A DNA stretch of 64,000 bases from Picochlorum sp. SENEW3 (Eukaryota). Within the stretch, counting starts at the first letter, position 1. Each line of letters opens with the position of its first letter. The translations under genes and the position numbers were made by a program. This document shows positions 11,949-22,685 of the stretch, one piece after another. Location of the stretch: contig CP120453.1 in the NCBI GenBank assembly GCA_034226945.1, forward strand, positions 434,001 to 498,000. The letters run 5' to 3'. The notes under the pieces were generated by a model. It searched no databases, had not been told where the DNA came from, and saw nothing but the letters and a program-made list of their open reading frames with translations.

Positions 11949-14031
11949 CACCATCCCAAAGTTTACTGGCATGCCCTGTCTTGGCGTAGTGATTCCATCC
12001 TGGGATCTTTTCCGTTGCTTCATTGAATGCATTAATCAAATGGCGTACAAGATCGTTTTGAACACCATCAGGGGGAGGTTCAAGATTTCTTGGAAGAGGT
12101 GTCGTACTGTATGAGCGCTTGTCAAACCTCCATTCACCATATTTCCCTGCAAATATCATCAGATGTCATTTCATGTACACATTGACTTTTTCTGTATACC
12201 GACAAAGTATGTTCGTACCTGGTGTAAATGTACCATTTTTGGCGTAATCCATTCCGTATGTATAGTGCAAAATATAATATCTTTCCTTCTGGGAATCCCA
12301 CGGTGGCTGTGCCATCATGTCAAGGAAGAGGCCGCACTCTTTAATCCCTGCTAAATACATTGAAATGGTGAATGCATACATTTCCTGCACCCATCCCCAT
12401 TCTTTAACTGCTTCGTCATCCTCATGAACTGCAAGTGAGACATTGTACCATATGGGTGCAATCTTTTTCATGTCCTTTACAGACAATAAAGTAGGAGAAC
12501 TGCCAATAGGGAAAAGGCGAGCCTTCTGTTCTGGAGTATCAATTTTGCCCACAAACTTTTCCGTAATATGAATATACTTTGGACTCGTAGGTTCGATATA
12601 GAAAAATGGAAACGCAGCGGGATTCTCCCCATCCATCAAATTTGGCATGGGCTTCAACCAAAGGTGATCAGGTTCTCCCATGAGGATGTACTTTTCCTTA
12701 ATGGTAGCTTTTTCCATCCACTGCAAAAAGGCGTATGGCCTATTCAAAACAATATATCCATGATGTGGGTGCTCAGGAGGAAGTTCCTTGGCGACAAATG
12801 TGGGTATTTCATCCATGAGATCATCAGGCTTCCCAGAGTGCAAAAGACGAGTGAAGTCTCCCATATCACAATGTCCCTCTGCCTCGCATTGTTTCTTGAT
12901 CTTCTTATACCAATAATAATGGATTCGCGACTGCCAATGCGTTGCTGTTCCCTGCGCAGATACGACAATGTGATATGTCCTGTCCTCCCCATGGTGCTGT
13001 GATGCAACAGAGGCCCTCGGCTTTTTCATAATACCCGTCGTCCATCCTACCATCGGTCCTTCTGCAGCAGGCATAGCCCCATCTGGGTGCGTCAAATGCT
13101 TCAACCAGCATTGCCTATAGTTGGCACGGCAAAGATTCTCCACACCGCAGTACACCCAAACATTACACGCAGGCCCACCCTTCTTGGGCTTGTGCTCGGC
13201 ACACATCTTGCAGCACTCATCCTCAGAATCGACAAGATTCTCCGTCCCCCATACTAATGGATCTCCCCAGAAATCAGTATTCTTCTTCACAATGATATCC
13301 TTGCAATCTAAGGATTCTTCTTCGTTTTCTCTGCTGTCATCATGGCCAGCAGTGTCCTTATCCTGGGATTCCTCCTGGTCCTCATCATGCTCTACACCCG
13401 AATCATCATCTCTTTCTTCTTCTTCGTGCTCCATTCCATCTGCATCCCCTTTAGATCTCTTGTAACGCTCCTCTCCCTCCTCTGCTTCCTGATCCTCATT
13501 CTCCTCATCCTTCTTGGAAGTAGTAACAGTCGTCCCAGAAGTAGAAGCAGAACTGGCCGGCGCGTTATCATCGTCCGAATCCACGTCCCCTTCAGATCTA
13601 CGTTGCTGCTTCTCTTCCGCCCGCCCTTCATCCTCACCAACAAGACCATCACTAGTGTCATCAGTATTGGCATCCCCTGCCACCTCCCCACCAATCGCAG
13701 TAGCCTTCTTCTCTTCACCAAGACCTTCATCTTTCGTGTCTCCATGTTCAGTCTCCTTGTGTTCCTCTTCCATGGCTCCACCCATGTCCTCCTGTGCCCC
13801 TTCCAAACCCCCAATACCCCCTCCGTCCAGGTGACCATCATCTCCACGGCGCTCTTCAAATCCATGAAAATGATCCATCACCCCACCACCATGCTCATAC
13901 TCCACCATTCCATGGAGTTCCCGCAGAGACTTGTACGATACCCCAATCCCAACCAGAACACCCAACAACAGAATCCAGCGCTTCCTCCCATACGACGACT
14001 GAACTTTATGAGAAGAAAATAAAGGGCTCAT
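11932..14031 (-). CDS. Hydroxyproline O-arabinosyltransferase (HPAT/GT95-like) with acidic stem and PAN/apple-like Cys domain; intron 12147-12218
   Basis: WQSRIHYYWY, FTRLLHSGKPDDLMDEIPT, YIVLNRPYAF, EPDH, WGWVQEMY, HYTYG; the last exon GKYGEWRFDKRSY restores the family C-terminus. Confidence 0.88.
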
Positions 14032-14668
14032 CTTGCTATGCGTCAATCCTCTCTACATGAAATTCGGATGTCAAAATTGATCCAAACGATCATTCACTAA
14101 AGCGATTCCTTTGATAAATTCCTAGATCCTATTGATAACCTGGAGTGATATTAGTATTTTAAACTACTACAATTATTACACACAATGGTCCATCAGGGCA
14201 TGGGCTGATACATCTGAATACAGTGGCCACCATGATCCTTCTTGGGTAGTCATGGCCATGGCCATATCATGATACCATGTCATATTAGAAGAAGATACCT
14301 ACATCGATGCGTCTACAGTACCATACAGATATCTTCTATACTACATGTGCGACATGCTCCCATCTGTGCATGCAGGTATTCATGCATCCACATTCTGCCC
14401 CTCCCATGGACACACAGAGGAACCCGTACATGCAGCCTCCTGCAGGGATGAGGGCATTTTCTTGGATAGTCCAATTTCCGAAGATTCGCAAAGTTCGGAT
14501 CACATTATCTTCTCTCGCATGTATCGCTTTGTACATATCGGTTGTATATATATTTACTGCTTTTTCCCTTGTACATACAATAGGGAGAGCAGTGGTCCGA
14601 TACGGCTGGATACGTCACGCTCCCCGAATACTGTATGCTGACGGGACGTCTTCGTATCCATATGCATA

Positions 14669-15700
14669 ATGGAATGTGGCAATGGAAACGAATCATTGCC
14701 AGATTTGTCTCCTACATATCATGTGTTGAGAGAAATAGGTAGAGGGAATTTCGGAAACGTGGTCCTGGCCAGGGATGTGGAACAGGATATGCTGGTGGCC
14801 ATTAAATTACTGCAGCGTGGTCCTCGATTGGCAGCGAATAGAATTTATGTGGGGCGAGAGATCTTGCATCACGGTTCTCTTCTGCATCCGTTTGTGATCA
14901 CTCTGTACGGTGTGTTTCTGACTCGGGACTATGTTTGTATTGTCATGGAGTTGGCAGATCACGGGGATGTCTTTACACTGATGCGACGGAAAACCTCTTC
15001 TTTTTCTTCTTCTTCTGCTTCTCCATTAGGGATTGGTGAGGAGGGGGCGAGGTATCTGTTTCAACAGCTGATTATAGGTCTGGACTATGTCCATCGCAGT
15101 GGGGTGGCCAACAGGGATTTGAAATTAGAAAACCTTCTGCTTGCGCGGGCAACTGACCCAAGGCAGGCGTCCATGTTGAAGATTTGTGACTTTGGGTTTT
15201 CGAAACATGAGCAGAATAGCAGTGCGCGTTCTGGGGTGGGAACTCCCATGTACATGTCACCAGAGATCGTCATGGGAGGGTGTGGATACGATGCCAAAAA
15301 AGCAGACGTGTGGTCTGCTGGAGTGGTCTTGTACACGATGCTCGCTGGTTCCTACCCTTTTGATACAAAATCTCCGACGCAAGCTCAGGATGTCGTGCTG
15401 GGTCGATATATACCCCTGGGTGACTCAATCTCGTCAGAGGCACAGGACCTGGTTCGAATGATGTTGACACCCTCTCCAAAAGAACGGGCATCTGTTTCCG
15501 ACATCATGCAGCATGAGTGGTTCAAAAAGGGCTTGCCCGAGAATACAGATCAAATAAATTCAGTCTATTTGGCACGAAATAAAGCCATCCCTGACGATGT
15601 TATTGAAAAAGTTGAAAAGCTCATGGATGTCATTGGACGACCGGGACAATGCAATGACGACACTGAGAATAGTCTTGCATGTGTGTTTCATACACCATAG
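14669..15700 (+). CDS. SnRK2-like Ser/Thr protein kinase
   Basis: GRGNFG, VAIK, NRDLKLEN, LKICDFGFSK, VGTPMYMSPE, YDAKKADVWS. Confidence 0.9.
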   Translation: MECGNGNESLPDLSPTYHVLREIGRGNFGNVVLARDVEQDMLVAIKLLQRGPRLAANRIYVGREILHHGSLLHPFVITLYGVFLTRDYVCIVMELADHGDVFTLMRRKTSSFSSSSASPLGIGEEGARYLFQQLIIGLDYVHRSGVANRDLKLENLLLARATDPRQASMLKICDFGFSKHEQNSSARSGVGTPMYMSPEIVMGGCGYDAKKADVWSAGVVLYTMLAGSYPFDTKSPTQAQDVVLGRYIPLGDSISSEAQDLVRMMLTPSPKERASVSDIMQHEWFKKGLPENTDQINSVYLARNKAIPDDVIEKVEKLMDVIGRPGQCNDDTENSLACVFHTP

Positions 15701-15807
15701 CCATCCTACTGCTACTACTACGATTGATTGATTGATTCATGTTTACGTTTTTACATCAGTTTTAATATTAGAGGAGACAATATATTTTCTGTCGTACAGC
15801 ACCAGCA

Positions 15808-16630
15808 TTAGGAAAGGCTCAGTCCAAGATATCCGAGAATGGCAACCCCAACGAGTCCTCCAATCACGGTGGCCAAAGTTCCCACATCCAGACCCGCTCC
15901 CTCCGTCTTTCCAGTGTCTGCGTTGAACTTGACAAACCTTCTCTTTGGAGCATTGCACTGTGGGCACCTGTAATCTCCTGGGAGTTCATTGAATGGTGTC
16001 TCATCGCAGTAGATGTATCCGCAGTCGATGCAGAGATGGGTGGCCCTCGCCTTCTGGGCTGCTGACAGTCGGCGACCAAACCTCGCTGGTGCTGGCTTCT
16101 TTGGAAGCCTCTTGACGTCCACTGACGTGTTGTCTCCCTTGACAACCACAAACGTCACTGGAGATGGAGCAGCTTGGATGGCAGATCTGGTGAATCCTAG
16201 CTTATCGGATGGCCAAAGCTCATCTCCAAAGAATGAAGACGTGTAGATGACTGTGTCTCCCGCCTGGATACCAGCCTTTGCGGCATTGCCAGATGCTGAC
16301 TTGACTTTGAGTCCACTCTTTCCCTGGCTCAGCTGAAGTCCGAGTGGCTTATCGACATCCACCTGCAGACAACAGTATGATGCATCTGTAAATACATCAC
16401 ATATAAGAAAATCAGACATCACGCACCTGAATCTGCTTCGCTGCAGCCTTCTTGGCAGTGACAGTCACTGCGCGACGAGCACTCATTGCTGCGACACGAG
16501 GTGACCTTTTAATGGAGGTATCAAGGGAAGTTCCAGCCATGAATGAAGAACTTGGTGATTTCTGGGGCATGCATTGCCTCGTAGATGACACATTCTGTGC
16601 AGCCACTATGCGAGTGGTTCTCGTAGCCAT
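15808..16630 (-). CDS. Plastid PDZ-like + rubredoxin protein (ENH1-like); exons 16630-16427, 16362-15808
   Basis: Transit-peptide exon, VDVDKPLGL, two CXXC pairs ([12 protein letters not shown]), C-terminal TM. Confidence 0.85.
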
Positions 16631-16726
16631 TGCCAAGTCGGTACGCGTGTCTTTTCGATATCGCTGTGGATATATGATTTTCAATAAATATATTTCAATA
16701 ATTGACGATGTAACGGACCCACGTCC

Positions 16727-17704
16727 CTAATGATCGTGATCTTCCATGCCGAATTCATCAGAGATATCCGGGTCATCATCCTCATCGGCAATTTTGACAT
16801 CCTGGTCCTCTCCGTACTGAACGGACATATCCACCTGAAGCATACACATTTCGATACTGTCTTCATCGGTGATATCTAGAGGGACAAATGCTACCATACT
16901 ATAATCCTCCAGGAGACTGGCAACGGCTGCATTGAGTTTTTGAAACTTGTGACTGGATGTGGCATCCAGGCTGTCCAGCAATGACCTTCCATCTGGAATC
17001 ACCAGCCCATCTTCATACATGGTTGCCTGTGCACCGAGTAGGTCAATCTTGGTGAGGACATTCACATGTGGTAGTTCCAGTTGCACCATGGAAGACAAGG
17101 CAGTCAGGCACCCAGCAATGTACTTTGATGCATCTTCTGTGAACTGCGCATCCAGACAGTAGACGCACCCAACATGCCACCCATCGGCTCGAAGCTCTCG
17201 TATGATTGACTGAAATACAGACAAATGCGAGTACAGCTCTATTTGGCCGGGGCAGTCGAAAAATATGTAATCATCATCCCCGTATGCAGAGAGTTGCTCG
17301 TGCAGCCATTCCTGCAAATTCTCCTCGAGATACTCCATGCAATACAACAGGCCCCTGTATACGCATAGATAAATAGGATTAAGATATAGACATGGTGACG
17401 AAACGGAAAAAGAAACACGCACCCATTGGGCCCGAGGTCCAATTCATCCATGGCCTCGTCTAGAGAAATAAGCTCTTTCACATCTATGGACACTGGGTAG
17501 TTGAATACCTCAGCAGCAGGATCTACACACACGCAGTCCACTCACAGTCAGTCTATACGTTGATATGCATCAATAGGTATCATACGCACCAAGGTTGGCG
17601 AGGTGAAGCGACCTTCCAGAAGAGTCACAAAACTGCTTCATAGTCTCACAAAACGTGGACTTTCCACTCCCTGCTGGCCCTATCACCAGCTGTGCGAATT
17701 TCAT
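16727..17704 (-). CDS. GPN3: GPN-loop GTPase 3; exons 17704-17590, 17522-17423, 17354-16727
   Basis: MKFAQLVIGPAGSGKST, NLDPAAE, LGPNGGL, DCPGQIELY, QYGED; spliced length 843 nt keeps frame. Confidence 0.9.
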
Positions 17705-18017
17705 GGTACTACCACACAAATTATTCCATTTTGTATCCAGTCATCCCATTGCATGCGCCTTTATTGTAATGCATTGCTTCTTCTCGTTTGGAGATCTCCA
17801 TGTTTGGAGATCCAGACACATCGAAGTTATCGGAAACCACAGATCAGGCAATGACTGCATTAATTCAGTTAATCAGTATTTGCGTGTCGTTATCTGTAAA
17901 TGACACGGCGGGATAGTATTCACTGATTCGTTTGCTGACGAATGTGTGGTAAATCCGAACACCATGTTATCCTCACAGGTGAAAGAAACGGGGAAGAGAT
18001 GTATAGGAACTAGATCC

Positions 18018-19673
18018 ATGTCTTTGGTGGCGTGGGGTGTGAATAGGTGGGGGGAGTGTGGGGTGTCTTCGATGAAGCCGGTATTGGAGGTACCCGAGGA
18101 AGTTGGGGGTGTGAGGGGGGAAGGCATTGCGGATATGTGCACAGGGGTGTCTCATAGCCTGGTTGTTAGCGAGGAAGGACATGTGTATTCGTTCGGGAAA
18201 GGGTCTTGTGGAGAGCTCGGTACTGGAAGATTGGACCCTGTGTTTACAGCAGCACGGGTGGAGCATTTGGTGGGGAGTCATCGGATTGTGTCTGCGAGCG
18301 TGGGGCCCACGCATTCTTTTTACCTGAATGAAAAAGGTCGTATATTGGCGGCAGGCAAATACATGCGATCGAATCATTCTGTATGGAGTCATCAGCAGGA
18401 TGAGGATGGGCAGCCTGGAGATGGTATGGGGGATGAGGAGGATTTGGCTCAGATGTTGTTGCAGGACGAGGGGAATAGGGTACGAGGCTCTTTGTTCGAA
18501 GCACATCATCATGTAAGGAATGAGGGGTCACGTTTGCGCGTGGATGCGTACGGGAATTTTGTCAAGGAGGGTAGGGGGAGGGCACATTCTACCCCGGTTG
18601 CTGCAGCTCAGGAGCCGAACTGGGGATCTATGCATTTTGTGCCGTTTATTGATCATCGGAGTCGTTCGTTAGAGATTCAGAATTCAAAATATATGCTATC
18701 AGAGCCCTTGAAGAAGATGTCAGATGCACTCAGTGCGAGTAAATTGTGGGATGATCACATGTCTGGCGAGAATGCTACAGACTCTGTTAGTCTGCCGACG
18801 TTATTAGGAGGGGGAGCTGGTCTGATGGGGAGTATTGTGAGTGCTGGATCGAGGCAGATATTTGCTTCGTGGATGAAGGGAATAGCATCCTGTTCGGTGA
18901 GTGGGCAGTCCATTGCTATTGATGAGAGCAATATGCCAGTGATGATTGAGCCTTTGAGAATAGGTTTGCATGCATTCGAAAAGACGGGCGTGCCTGCGTC
19001 CTGGGCGCAGGGGTCATACCCTAGTTCGATTGTTTTGGATGCGGTCAGGGATAATGGCGGGGCTGTCAAGGCTGGCATAGGAGAACATTACGGCTGTGTG
19101 CTGACATTGAATGGCCGGGTGGTCGTGTGGTGGAATAACGTGGTTCATTCGAACAGCAAGCAAGATGATTCTATAATAGTTAGAAAAGGATCCCGGGCGT
19201 TTTACGTGAAAGGGAAAACGATGGTTACTGTAGTGGATAGCCTCCCTCCCTTGGTTGACATGTCTGCATCGAATGGGAGCATATGCATGAGTGATGGGAC
19301 ATCAGTGTGGAGGTTGAACATTCCTTCTACATCTCCAATAGACTCACTTGAAGATCCGGTTCGAGAAATGACAACAAAAGACGTAGGGATTGCAAAAATG
19401 GTTGCTGGACCTCGTTCCACAGCAGTGATCACGGGTAATGGAAAGCTGTGGCTGTGGGGAACTATTCTTTCTCCTCAGGAACTTGTAAAGGAAAAGCATG
19501 CCGCTGAAACACAAGGATATGGCCACTGGAGCTTTAGCAGCACGGATGATTCGAGTCGAGAGTCATCGTGGGCTGGACTGGGAGGGAGCCCCACACCAAC
19601 CGAGGTCCCAGGATTGCATGGTGTGTCCGATGTCTCATTGGGAACGAAACACGCCCTTGCAGTTGTTGTGTGA
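18018..19673 (+). CDS. RCC1-repeat protein
   Basis: AWGVNRWGECG, HSLVVSEEGHVYSFGKGSCGELG, VSLGTKHALAV repeats with a long central insertion. Confidence 0.75.
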   Translation: MSLVAWGVNRWGECGVSSMKPVLEVPEEVGGVRGEGIADMCTGVSHSLVVSEEGHVYSFGKGSCGELGTGRLDPVFTAARVEHLVGSHRIVSASVGPTHSFYLNEKGRILAAGKYMRSNHSVWSHQQDEDGQPGDGMGDEEDLAQMLLQDEGNRVRGSLFEAHHHVRNEGSRLRVDAYGNFVKEGRGRAHSTPVAAAQEPNWGSMHFVPFIDHRSRSLEIQNSKYMLSEPLKKMSDALSASKLWDDHMSGENATDSVSLPTLLGGGAGLMGSIVSAGSRQIFASWMKGIASCSVSGQSIAIDESNMPVMIEPLRIGLHAFEKTGVPASWAQGSYPSSIVLDAVRDNGGAVKAGIGEHYGCVLTLNGRVVVWWNNVVHSNSKQDDSIIVRKGSRAFYVKGKTMVTVVDSLPPLVDMSASNGSICMSDGTSVWRLNIPSTSPIDSLEDPVREMTTKDVGIAKMVAGPRSTAVITGNGKLWLWGTILSPQELVKEKHAAETQGYGHWSFSSTDDSSRESSWAGLGGSPTPTEVPGLHGVSDVSLGTKHALAVVV

Positions 19674-19770
19674 TTGATTAAACATGTATATTACATATTG
19701 TACAGTATCATCAAAAGATTCATCACTTTCATAGAATTCATTGTCGATTCTTCATCACCAAAAACATGAA

Positions 19771-20481
19771 TTACTCCTCAGATCGCATGATATTCTTCAG
19801 AGCTGATACCTGATTCAAGATACCATTCGCCTTCATGGAAAGAGAATCTATATCAGATGTATTCTTCTCGTAATCTTCAGCCAAGGTTGCAGTCTCACGC
19901 TCGATAGTCTGCAACTGCTCCTCAACTCCTTGGCGGTTCTCATCAGTCTTGATCTTGGAAACATCGGTTTGAAGCAGAGGTATTTCCGCATTCTCGAGCT
20001 CATTGATCACATCAGACACATTCGATGCGTCACAGACAATGTCGATCGACTCTTGTGGCCCAGAATAGGCATGGGCATCCCCTGCAAAACATACCACCGC
20101 GGTGAGCCGTGTCGGAGACAAAGCGTAGTAGGGTTTACAATGCACCGCGCGGAATCACTCTAGTACAACAATAAAAGTAGTTATAAAGATAATTTACTGC
20201 CGACGCACCTGCCATATACGTCACTGGAGACGCAAACAAGGCTACCGAAGCCAGAGCTGCTCCAACCTTGGACAGGACCGTCTGCATCCAACACGCAGGC
20301 ATCAGTCCCCCTGTATCACCATACGAAGATAGTTTGGACTCATAAGAAGACATACCTTGCCATCCAGGGCTTCTTGCTTGGATGCATACACTCGCACAGC
20401 CCGCTGTGGAGTCGTGTTGACTCTGCTGGCAACACGAGACCAACGAGCACCGTTGGTGGACATGGATACTGTTTGCATCAT
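19771..20481 (-). CDS. Small plastid/thylakoid-lumen-targeted protein (169 aa); exons 20481-20356, 20281-20209, 20081-19771
   Basis: Canonical splice sites give 510 nt in frame; transit peptide, hydrophobic stretch and AHA cleavage motif. Confidence 0.6.
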
Positions 20482-20626
20482 TGGTATCACGCGTATCTTT
20501 CTTGTTTCCCTTGATTGATTGATAGATGGTGTGCTTGACAAATTTGTATGCTATAATTTTTCTACTACTTCGGCATGATGTCTCGAGAAAGATCTACTAC
20601 CCGCCCACCGGGTTTCTAGAAAGGGT

Positions 20627-20640
20627 GCCACGTGGATTGG
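20627..20640 (-). promoter_or_regulatory. G-box (CCACGTGG) next to a CCAAT box, ~150 nt upstream of the plastid-targeted gene
   Basis: Minus strand reads CCAATCCACGTGGC; motif match only. Confidence 0.3.
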
Positions 20641-20927
20641 GCGCCCCTCAGGCAATATTGCCCCACCAAGGAAGATTAATCTCCTTCTTGTCAGAATCAT
20701 CGTCCAAACGCATATATAACTGAATAAGAGTTTGCATACACAGGGCAAACTCTGCTGAGCATTCGATGCATGCCTTCCCACCTGTCAAACAGCGAATGGC
20801 CACAACTGTGTCCTTGATACTCGCTTCAAAGGGATCTTTCATATAATATGAAAATATAAATTGAACAGGAATACTCATGGGCGAAGCAGATGATCGAGTG
20901 ACGGCAGGGGGCGTTCAGTAATAACGA

Positions 20928-22139
20928 ATGAAGAAGAGACCGCATCCTCGGGAATTGGAGGTTCATTTTCAAAGGAAGCGGAGGGAAGAGTATCTAAGTA
21001 AGCAGAGTGAGCGACGGAGTACCTTGTTGGATGTGCTGCGAGAGTCAAGGAGCCATGTGCCAGCTACGGTAGGGGGCCATCATCCTACGGCTGCTGCCAC
21101 AGATGTTTCATCAGGAAGGAGGAATGCATCTGAAGCGATGCGAGAGTTTTGGGCCTCTCAGTTCATGGTTCCAGAGTGGATGGTGGATGTCCCACTGGAT
21201 ATTGGGACCCACTGGTTTGTCATGGCGAGGCCAGAGGGGCAACGGTGCCTTGTTGTCCTCTCTCAAGGACGCATCACCATCAGAAATAAAGCTGGGGCGG
21301 TTGTTGAAACGCTTGATGCGCATGATGTAGGGTGGGCTCGTCTCATGCCCCAGAAGGAATCCATCCTTGACTGCATATTGCAAAAGAAGGTCTTGTATGT
21401 GGTTGATGTGCTGTGTTGGGGAGGACACGAGCTTTTCGACTGTACTGCAGAATTTAGAATGTATTGGAAATTATCAACAATGTCTCAGGTGCTTCAGGAC
21501 GTTCAGTCTGATGTGAACGCCCAGTATGGCATTATGCTGCTTGAGCATCATATGGCAGATCCCACTGGGATACGGTGTGCATGGGGCAAAGAGAACGTGC
21601 CTTTTATGCGTGATGGTCTGATCTTTCTACACAAGAGTTCCTGCTACCAAGGAGGGCAGTGCCCTTTAATGCTCACATGGAAGGATGGGCATACAAGCAG
21701 GTATTGCATAGATACTGATTCATCTGGGATCCCCTTGGAAGAGCAGCATGTCATCCTTTCATACGGGGGTGATAGTGCGCTGCAAACAGGGGACGACGTT
21801 CCAATGACGGTGGCATCCTTGCCATCTTCTTTTGAGCAGGCGAATGCGCATCTTCTGAAACCTGGCCAGCTCTTCAGATGCACGCTCCAGCCCAATGGCA
21901 TTCACCTGACCCCACGGGGTGATGTTTGGTTATCATTAGAATTCCACGGTACAGCAAACCGACGGAGGAAGCGGGCAGATACAATATCCAAGATAATATT
22001 TCAGAACATGGCTCGCCATACACCTTTGACCATTGACACAATTCTGCAAATCTCCCGGCAGTCAACTGAGCATGCCATGGAGGATGCCAACGATACTGGT
22101 TTGCAGAGTATAGGGACCACTCGTGGCGTGAACCCATAA
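20928..22139 (+). CDS. SNUPN: Snurportin-1 (m3G-cap snRNP import adaptor)
   Basis: Arg-rich IBB-like N-terminus; FMVPEWMVDVP, RPEGQRCLVV, DCTAEFR.YW, DGLIFLHK, PL.L.WKD. Confidence 0.85.
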   Translation: MKKRPHPRELEVHFQRKRREEYLSKQSERRSTLLDVLRESRSHVPATVGGHHPTAAATDVSSGRRNASEAMREFWASQFMVPEWMVDVPLDIGTHWFVMARPEGQRCLVVLSQGRITIRNKAGAVVETLDAHDVGWARLMPQKESILDCILQKKVLYVVDVLCWGGHELFDCTAEFRMYWKLSTMSQVLQDVQSDVNAQYGIMLLEHHMADPTGIRCAWGKENVPFMRDGLIFLHKSSCYQGGQCPLMLTWKDGHTSRYCIDTDSSGIPLEEQHVILSYGGDSALQTGDDVPMTVASLPSSFEQANAHLLKPGQLFRCTLQPNGIHLTPRGDVWLSLEFHGTANRRRKRADTISKIIFQNMARHTPLTIDTILQISRQSTEHAMEDANDTGLQSIGTTRGVNP

Positions 22140-22685
22140 CAAGGTATGTATGCATATGCAACATTCTGGTTCAATATCTGAATGATAAAAACAAGTCGTT
22201 TTCACAACCACACTGAGGTTAGTATCTTTGTGATGAGAAACCACTATACCCAGCTCTTTGACAGATATTGCATTCTTGTTGGCATTTTCTATGAACTACC
22301 ACAATGTATGACAACTATCTAGCGTTCTATGTTTGTGATCTGCAGGCCCCTGGGGCCATTAATTAATTTTGACAATATTGGCACAACACCAAGTACTTGA
22401 GAGAATTCTAATGCTGCTGGGCTCCATGCATGGACATGAAGAATGGTTTGATCAGCCGGTCAACGGCTGTATAGTCCAATAATAATAAAGTAAGTATTTG
22501 GTATTTGTATATTATTACGACATACCCTGTAAGACGACGGATAGAGGTGGATTACAAAGATTGTAATTCAAGTCTTTGAGTTTTAGCGACAGTGCATTGT
22601 TTTTGAAAGAGAACAGGCGCACGATGCATTTTTGTTGATTAAATTGTATTCAAAAGATCGTATACAGTAGCGTTTCATGGTCAGA

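Noticed and set aside
20526..20878. Small ORFs or structured ncRNA between divergent genes
   Set aside because: Short palindromes exist, but no snRNA, snoRNA or tRNA signature was recognised; better explained as a bidirectional promoter.
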